A stretch of 64,000 nt of DNA from Thermoanaerobaculia bacterium (GTDB taxonomy: Bacteria; Acidobacteriota; Thermoanaerobaculia; UBA5066). Under the pieces are notes generated by a model that was not told the DNA's origin, did no database searches, and saw only the letters and a program-made list of their open reading frames with translations. This document shows positions 58,149 to 64,000 of the stretch, in pieces (within the stretch, counting starts at the first letter, position 1; every line of letters begins with the position of its first letter). Where the stretch lies: contig JAJVIN010000017.1 in NCBI GenBank assembly GCA_022071945.1, positions 31,251 through 95,250 on the forward strand. Reading direction: 5' to 3'. A program made the position numbers and the translations under genes.

Positions 58149-59861
58149 ATGAAGAGAGAGAAGGTGGTTGTGGCCGCGCTGGGGTTGCTCGCCATCACCG
58201 GCCAGGCAGCCGCTGGCGACCTGCCGGCCCGCGGCCGCGGGAGTGCCACGCGCTCCGTCGTGTGGGCCCGGGGCGGAATGGTGGCCGCGGCGCAGCCGCT
58301 CGCTGTCCAGGCAGGTCTCGACATCCTCAAGCAGGGGGGCAACGCCGTCGACGCCGCGATCGCGGCCAACGCCTGTCTTGCCGTCATGGAACCGACCGCC
58401 TGCGGGCTCGGGGGCGACATCTTCGTGCTCCTGTGGGACCCCAAGCTCGGAAAGCCCGTGGGCCTCAACGGGTCGGGGCGGGCTCCCCTCGCCCTGACAC
58501 CCGAGAAGGTCCCGCCGCAACAGAACGGAACGATCCCTCTTCACTCTCCCTATGCCTGGACGGTTCCCGGATGCGCGGGCGGGTGGTTCGACCTGCATGC
58601 GCGGTACGGGAAGCTCCCGATGAAGACGATTCTGGCGGCCGCCATCCGGTACGCGGACGAGGGCTTCCCCGTCTCGCCGGTGATCTCCTCGGACTGGGCC
58701 CGGAGCGTTCGAGTCTTCAAGGACAAGCCCGGCTTTTCCGAGGTCTTCGCTCCGGCGGGCCGGGCTCCTTCCGAGGGCGAGATCTTCCGCAACCCTGCCC
58801 TGAAGAAGACCCTCGCCCTCCTGGCCGAGAAGGGACGCGACGCCTTCTACAAGGGTCCGATCGCCGAGGCGATCGTGGAGTACTCGAAAAAGCACGGCGG
58901 GTTCTTCTCGCTTGCGGACTTCGAGCGGCACACATCGACGTGGGAGGACCCCATCACGACGAGCTACAGGGGCCTCGACGTCTGGGAGCTGCCCCCGAAC
59001 GGCCAGGGACTGGCGGCTCTCCAGATGCTCAATATCCTGGAGCGGTTCGATCTGAAGAAACTGGGGAGGAACTCCGGCGATTTCTGGCACGTCATGGTCG
59101 AGGCCAAGAAGCTCGCCTACGCTGACAGGGCCCGCTATTACGCGGACCCAGCGTTCGCCCGGACCCCCGTCGAGGCCCTCCTGTCGAAAGACTACGCGGG
59201 CAAGCGGGCGGCCCTGGTCAGCATGGAAAAGGCGGCGCCCATCGACTCGCCCGGCGACCCGGCCGCCCTCTCTCGCAAGGAAACCACCTACCTGTGCACG
59301 GCGGACCAGAGCGGCTTGATGGTCTCGCTGATCCAGAGCAACTACACGGGCTTCGGCTCGGGATACGTCGTTCCCGAGTTAGGGTTTGGCATCCAGAACC
59401 GGGGCTCTCAGTTCGCGCTCGCCGAAGGCCACCCGAACAGGCTCGCCCCGGCCAAGAGGCCCTTCCACACGATCATCCCGGCCCTGGTCACGAAGGGAGG
59501 GGTTCCCTGGATGGTCTTCGGCGTCATGGGCGGAGACATGCAGCCGCAGGGGCACGTCCAGGTGATCGTCAACCTCGTCGACTTCGGGATGAACCTGCAA
59601 GAGGCCGGGGACGCCGCCCGCTTCCACCACACCGGGTCGACCGAACCGACCGGAACCGTGATGAGAACGGGAGGCATCCTCCATCTCGAAGACGATGTTC
59701 CGGCGGCAGTCGTGGAGGAGCTGAAGAGGAGAGGACACACGATCGAGCCCACGGCCGTGGGCACGTACGGGGGGTACCAGGCGATTTACCGCGACCCTGC
59801 GACCGGGATGTTTGCCGGAGCGACGGAAAAGCGAAAGGACGGCGCCGCTTCGGGGTTCTGA
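58149..59861 (+). CDS. ggt: Gamma-glutamyltranspeptidase
   Basis: RBS GAGGAGGA lies 8 nt upstream. Signal peptide. TTYLCTADQSG contains the autocatalytic/nucleophile Thr context. GGD and MGGDMQPQGH blocks. Confidence 0.9.
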   Translation: MKREKVVVAALGLLAITGQAAAGDLPARGRGSATRSVVWARGGMVAAAQPLAVQAGLDILKQGGNAVDAAIAANACLAVMEPTACGLGGDIFVLLWDPKLGKPVGLNGSGRAPLALTPEKVPPQQNGTIPLHSPYAWTVPGCAGGWFDLHARYGKLPMKTILAAAIRYADEGFPVSPVISSDWARSVRVFKDKPGFSEVFAPAGRAPSEGEIFRNPALKKTLALLAEKGRDAFYKGPIAEAIVEYSKKHGGFFSLADFERHTSTWEDPITTSYRGLDVWELPPNGQGLAALQMLNILERFDLKKLGRNSGDFWHVMVEAKKLAYADRARYYADPAFARTPVEALLSKDYAGKRAALVSMEKAAPIDSPGDPAALSRKETTYLCTADQSGLMVSLIQSNYTGFGSGYVVPELGFGIQNRGSQFALAEGHPNRLAPAKRPFHTIIPALVTKGGVPWMVFGVMGGDMQPQGHVQVIVNLVDFGMNLQEAGDAARFHHTGSTEPTGTVMRTGGILHLEDDVPAAVVEELKRRGHTIEPTAVGTYGGYQAIYRDPATGMFAGATEKRKDGAASGF

Positions 59862-59897
59862 GTTTCGTTCGGGGCCCGCCGGGCCCCGTCACACCCC

Positions 59898-60113
59898 TCA
59901 AGAACCTCCGTAGCCGACGCTGACCTTGCCATCCTCGACGATGACCGGCACGGCGCGGCTTCCCGCGGAGTACTTCAGCATCAGCTCGAGTTCCGATGCC
60001 TCCCGCTTCACGTTGCGATAGTCGACGTCATAACCCTTCTGCGCGAAGACCTCACGGGCCTCCATCGTGTAGGGTCAGGTGTCTTTTCCGAAGATCAGGA
60101 CCTTTCTTGGCAT
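59898..60113 (-). CDS. Glutaredoxin-like small protein with an in-frame TGA at the position of the first active-site Cys. Candidate selenoprotein or disrupted gene.
   Basis: Hand translation: MPRKVLIFGKDT-TGA-PYTMEAREVFAQKGYDVDYRNVKREASELELMLKYSAGSRAVPVIVEDGKVSVGYGGS*. It aligns with the Grx pattern (V)xIFxKxxCPYCxxAKxLLxxKG...PxIFIxGKxIGG. The TGA lies at 60075..60077. Confidence 0.45.
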
Positions 60114-60133
60114 GTTCACCGCCAAATGATATT

Positions 60134-61144
60134 TCAGGCGGTCGTTCCCCGGAATGCCGGGGCGTAGCGGGCGGCGGCCAGGATCGCCTCGACCATGCTG
60201 ACGGCGCTGGCGATCCCCTTGCCCGCGATGTCGAAGGCCGTCCCGTGATCGACCGAGGTCCGGAGAAACGGCAGCCCGTTCGTGATCGACACCGTTCGCT
60301 CGAAGTCGAGCATCTTCGCCGCGATGTGTCCCTGATCATGGTAAAGGCTGAGAACCGCGTCGAACTGCCCGCTGGCCGCCTGCCAGAAGACGGAATCCGC
60401 GGGATAGGGCCCCTTCGCCTCGACTCCCAGGGCCCGCGCATCCTCGATGGCGGGACGGAGCTCTCTCTCCTCCTCGTCTCCGAAGAGGCCGTGCTCGCCG
60501 GCGTGCGGATTGAGCGCCGCGACGGCAATCCGGGGAGAGTCGATTCCGAGACGTGAGAGGGCCTCCTGGCAGCGAAGGAGGGCGGTCTTCGTCCGCTCCC
60601 GCGTGACCTGGCGGACCGCCTCGCCGAGCGAGAGGTGCCGTGTGAGAAAGAAGATGCGGAGGCTCTTCGTTTCGAACATCGTCAGCGGGTCGGCCGTGCC
60701 CGTCAGCTCGCCGAAGATCTCGGTGTGGCCGATCTGGGAGACTCCGGCCGCCCGGAAAGCCTCCTTGTTGACCGGAGCTGTCGCCACGGCGTCGAGCTCC
60801 CCGGCCAGGGCCAGCTCGATGGCTTTGCGGATGAACTCGAACGCCGCCCGGCCTGCCTTCGCCTGGATCTTTCCCCATTCGATCTCGTCGCTCGGCAGGC
60901 CGGGAACCTCGAGGAGATCCAGGGAACCTCGCACGCAACGAGCGTCTGAAACAGCTCGGATCCTGTTGAGAGCCAGCGGCAAGCCGCAGAGGGCGATGAT
61001 CCTCTCGAGGGGCCTCGCGCTCCCGATCACGACGGGCCGTGCCACTTTGAAGATCTCCGTGTCCGAAAAAGCCTTGGCGACGATCTCCGGGCCGATCGAG
61101 GCCGGATCGCCGAGGGTCACCCCCACGCACGGGCGTCGTTCCAT
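60134..61144 (-). CDS. pdxA: 4-hydroxythreonine-4-phosphate dehydrogenase
   Basis: VGVTLGDPASIGPEIV N-terminus. HTEIFGELTG. HAGEHGLFGDEE and TSVDHGTAFDIAGKG blocks typical of PdxA. Confidence 0.9.
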   Translation of the reverse strand: MERRPCVGVTLGDPASIGPEIVAKAFSDTEIFKVARPVVIGSARPLERIIALCGLPLALNRIRAVSDARCVRGSLDLLEVPGLPSDEIEWGKIQAKAGRAAFEFIRKAIELALAGELDAVATAPVNKEAFRAAGVSQIGHTEIFGELTGTADPLTMFETKSLRIFFLTRHLSLGEAVRQVTRERTKTALLRCQEALSRLGIDSPRIAVAALNPHAGEHGLFGDEEERELRPAIEDARALGVEAKGPYPADSVFWQAASGQFDAVLSLYHDQGHIAAKMLDFERTVSITNGLPFLRTSVDHGTAFDIAGKGIASAVSMVEAILAAARYAPAFRGTTA

Positions 61145-61464
61145 TCTCCGCCTCCCCCGGGGCGAATCTTATCCGCCCTCCGACGCAAGTGAGACCCCGC
61201 CGGAAGGCCGGGAGCGGCAGGCCCACCGGGCGAAATCCTGACCCGCCCGTCCGTCCGTGAACCCGCCAGCCACGGATCAACTTCTGACCCTGCCTTCGTC
61301 AGCCGGTCCCTTCCCCCCTCGGAAACGACCCCCAAAGCCCATATAACTATCTGCACCACAACTACTTGTACCCACGATCGAAAGCGAACTCAAATGGCGG
61401 CACGGATTCTGCAGTTGAAACGTCAGACGAATTCGAACTTCACCCAATCTAAGGAGGAATCAAC

Positions 61465-63879
61465 GTGAAACTTCGGAACTTCATCCCACTGGTCCTGCTC
61501 GGAGCAGTCGCTTTCACTTCCCAGGCCGCCTGGAACCAGGATGGCGAGAGGATTGGCGGTGCGTCGCGCGAGCAGAAGCGCGCCTTCAACCGCATGGGCG
61601 AGGATGTGAACATTTCCCTCGATTCCAACGGCGTCCCGTCGGCCATCATGGGCAGGGTGGGCACTCGGGCCTACCGGATGCCGGAAGCGGCGGCCCAGGC
61701 GGCCCTCGAGGACCATGGCGCGGCGTTCCGCCGGGGCAGCGAGGATTCCTTCCTGTACAGGACGGAGACATCTGACGAGCTCGGACAGACGCACGTCCGG
61801 ATGACCCAGACTTTCCGCGGCATCCCGGTCGTGGGCGGCGAGCTGATCGTCCACATGACCGATGACGATGTCATCGGCATCAACGGCCGCTTCGTCCCGG
61901 ATCTCGACGTCGACACTCGCGTGTCGATCTCCGACAGCACGGCCGCCGCTCGCGCGCTCGGCTACATCGAGTCACAGGGCGGCGTGGATCTGCAGGTCAC
62001 GGAGATCCGCCCGAACGTGATCCACTCCGGGCGGATGGCGATCCCGGTACACGTCGGCTACAGCCACGTCAACGGTGACGAGATCGACGAGATCTACATC
62101 GACGCCAAGACCGGCGCGATTCTGGGCAAGGAGCCTCTGGTCCACCGCGCCAAGAACCGTCAGGTCTACAACGGCAACCAGTCCTGCAGCACGAGCTCTC
62201 TTCCGGGCACGCTGATGTTCTCCGAGGGCGGTTCCTCGACCGACACGGTCGCGATGGGGGCCTACAACAACACCGGTTACACCTGGGACTACTACAAGGC
62301 GACCTTCAATCGCGACTCCTACAACAACGCCGGCGCGACGCTGAAGTCGACCGTCCACTTCCAGTTCAACACGGGCAGCAGCTGCACGAAGAACAACGCC
62401 GCGTGGTTCTCCTCGCTCGGTCTGATGGCCTATGGCGATGGCGACGGCACGACGTTCACCCCGCTCGCCAATAGCCTCGACGTCACCGCCCACGAGTTGA
62501 CGCACGCCGTCACGTCCTCGACCGCCAATCTCGCCTACCAGAAGGACTCCGGCGCCCTCAACGAGGCGACGTCCGACATCCTGGGCGAGGCGGTAGCCTT
62601 CTACAAGGGAATGGGCGACTGGAAGATCGGCGCCGAGGTCTACACCCCGAGCACATCCGGCGACGCTCTCCGCTACTTCACGAACCCGACCCAGGACGGC
62701 TACTCCAAGGACTACTACCCCGAGCGCCTCTATCCCTCCAACTGCACGCCGTCCTCTTCCAACGACCAGTGCGGCGTCCACGGCAACAGCGGCATCGCGA
62801 ATCTCTTCTTCTATCTCCTCTCCCAGGGCGGCACGCACCCCCGCGGCAAGACGACCGTCGCCGTGACCGGCATCGGCATCTCCAAGGCCCAGCAGATCTG
62901 GTACCGCGCCCTCGTCTCCTACATGACCTCCTCCACGACCTTCGAGGGCGCCCGCACCGCGACGGCCCAGGCTGCCGCTGACCTCTACGGCGGGACCTGC
63001 ACGCCGGAGTGGACGGCCGTTCACAAGGGCTGGGATGCCGTCGGCGTTCCGGGCACCTGGTCCTGCGGCGGCACGCCTCCGCCCACTGGCCTCCCCGAGT
63101 CCGCTCACCCCTACGCGAACAACTACGACAACACCTGGACCTACACCCTCACCGGTTCGCCTGCCTCCATCAACGTGACCTTCGACTCCCAGACCTCCGT
63201 CGAGTCCAACTACGACTACATCTACGTGATGGACAAGAACGGCGTCAACATCAGCGGCTCGCCCTTCACCGGAACGACGCTCGCCAATGCCACGAAGACG
63301 GTCACGGGTGACACGGTCAAGATCCGCCTGAAGACCGACTCCTCCGTCACGGCCTACGGCTTCAAGGTCACCGGCGTCACGGCTGGGAGCGGCGGCGGCG
63401 GCACATGCACCCCGGCGCAGCTCATTGCCAACGGCGGCTTCGAGTCCGGCGCCACCTCCTGGACCCAGACCACCGGCGTCATCACGAACAGCACGTCCCG
63501 CACCCCGCGCACGGGCAGCTACTACGCCTGGCTCGGCGGCAACGGCAAGACCACGAGCGAGTACCTGTATCAGTCCGTGGCCATCCCCGCCTGCACGACG
63601 ACGGCGACCCTCTCCTTCTACCTGAAGATCGACACGGCCGAGACCACTACGACGACCGCGTACGACAAGCTCCAGGTTCAGGTTCGCAACAGCTCCGGCA
63701 CCGTCCTCGCCACGCTCGCGACCTACTCCAACCTCAACAAGGGCACGAGCTACGTCCAGAAGACCTTCAACCTGGCCTCCTACAAGGGCCAGACCGTTCG
63801 GGTCTATCTCCTGATGAACGAGGACTCCACGCTGCAGACGTCCTTCCTCGTCGACGACGTCACGCTGAACACCAACTAG
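61465..63879 (+). CDS. Secreted M4-family (thermolysin-like) zinc metalloprotease with an FTP/PepSY propeptide and a roughly 270-aa C-terminal beta-rich extension
   Basis: RBS AAGGAGG and a GTG start. Signal peptide. HELTHAV (HExxH) plus NEATSDILGE (ExxxD). C-terminal region of pre-peptidase/CBM-like repeats. Confidence 0.9.
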   Translation: MKLRNFIPLVLLGAVAFTSQAAWNQDGERIGGASREQKRAFNRMGEDVNISLDSNGVPSAIMGRVGTRAYRMPEAAAQAALEDHGAAFRRGSEDSFLYRTETSDELGQTHVRMTQTFRGIPVVGGELIVHMTDDDVIGINGRFVPDLDVDTRVSISDSTAAARALGYIESQGGVDLQVTEIRPNVIHSGRMAIPVHVGYSHVNGDEIDEIYIDAKTGAILGKEPLVHRAKNRQVYNGNQSCSTSSLPGTLMFSEGGSSTDTVAMGAYNNTGYTWDYYKATFNRDSYNNAGATLKSTVHFQFNTGSSCTKNNAAWFSSLGLMAYGDGDGTTFTPLANSLDVTAHELTHAVTSSTANLAYQKDSGALNEATSDILGEAVAFYKGMGDWKIGAEVYTPSTSGDALRYFTNPTQDGYSKDYYPERLYPSNCTPSSSNDQCGVHGNSGIANLFFYLLSQGGTHPRGKTTVAVTGIGISKAQQIWYRALVSYMTSSTTFEGARTATAQAAADLYGGTCTPEWTAVHKGWDAVGVPGTWSCGGTPPPTGLPESAHPYANNYDNTWTYTLTGSPASINVTFDSQTSVESNYDYIYVMDKNGVNISGSPFTGTTLANATKTVTGDTVKIRLKTDSSVTAYGFKVTGVTAGSGGGGTCTPAQLIANGGFESGATSWTQTTGVITNSTSRTPRTGSYYAWLGGNGKTTSEYLYQSVAIPACTTTATLSFYLKIDTAETTTTTAYDKLQVQVRNSSGTVLATLATYSNLNKGTSYVQKTFNLASYKGQTVRVYLLMNEDSTLQTSFLVDDVTLNTN

Positions 63880-63903
63880 ATCTCGACTCTCCTCGGATGA
63901 AAC

Positions 63904-63938
63904 CTCGGGGGCTCCGGAAGGGGCCCCCGATTTCTTTT
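63904..63938 (+). terminator. Rho-independent terminator: TCGGGGGC-uccggaag-GCCCCCGA followed by TTTCTTTTT
   Basis: 8-bp GC stem plus T-tract, 25 nt after the protease stop. Confidence 0.7.
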
Positions 63939-64000
63939 TGACCCGCGCCCTTCCCGGCGTCTGATTTCGAGGGAAGCTAAGATCCAGTTCCAGGCGATGG

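Noticed and set aside
60336-61280. 314-aa minus-strand ORF overlapping pdxA
   Set aside because: It is an alternate frame of pdxA with an Arg/Gly-rich translation.

Overview
High-GC (roughly 68%) chromosomal segment whose gene content suggests an Acidobacteriota-like organism. This taxonomic guess is inference from domain content, not a search result. The evidence is two 'two-component regulator propeller' sensor kinases, a Ser/Thr kinase and S9 peptidases fused to TolB/PD40 propellers, and proteins with DUF2911 and BACON-like repeats. I read about 37 protein-coding genes and found no rRNA, tRNA, CRISPR array or obvious mobile element. Main blocks, left to right: (1) a partial secreted BACON/Ig-repeat protein, an S9 peptidase, a TerB-like protein and a C-N hydrolase; (2) a sensor histidine kinase with a Ser/Thr kinase, then purE-purK and kup; (3) a compact three-gene RiPP-like cluster at 16.35-18.38 kb. 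It has a Sec-signal, 6-Cys small precursor, then a DUF692 (MNIO) enzyme, then a DUF2063 partner, which is the bufferin/HvfABC-type architecture. This is the most system-like, least housekeeping locus in the window; (4) a maltodextrin/starch utilisation locus with a GH13 alpha-amylase, MalK/E/F/G-like ABC transporter, a glucodextranase-like domain protein and an outer-membrane barrel; (5) a FadR/GntR regulator with an AGPS-like FAD oxidase, glpD and an FGGY kinase; (6) a secreted esterase-repeat protein and an alpha-2-macroglobulin-like protein with an unusual internal polytopic membrane segment; (7) two large sensor kinases, one apparently frameshifted, then ggt, a glutaredoxin-like ORF with an in-frame TGA at the active-site Cys position, pdxA and a secreted M4 metalloprotease. 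Many long ORFs in the six-frame track are antisense or alternate-frame artefacts of the high GC content, and I rejected them.
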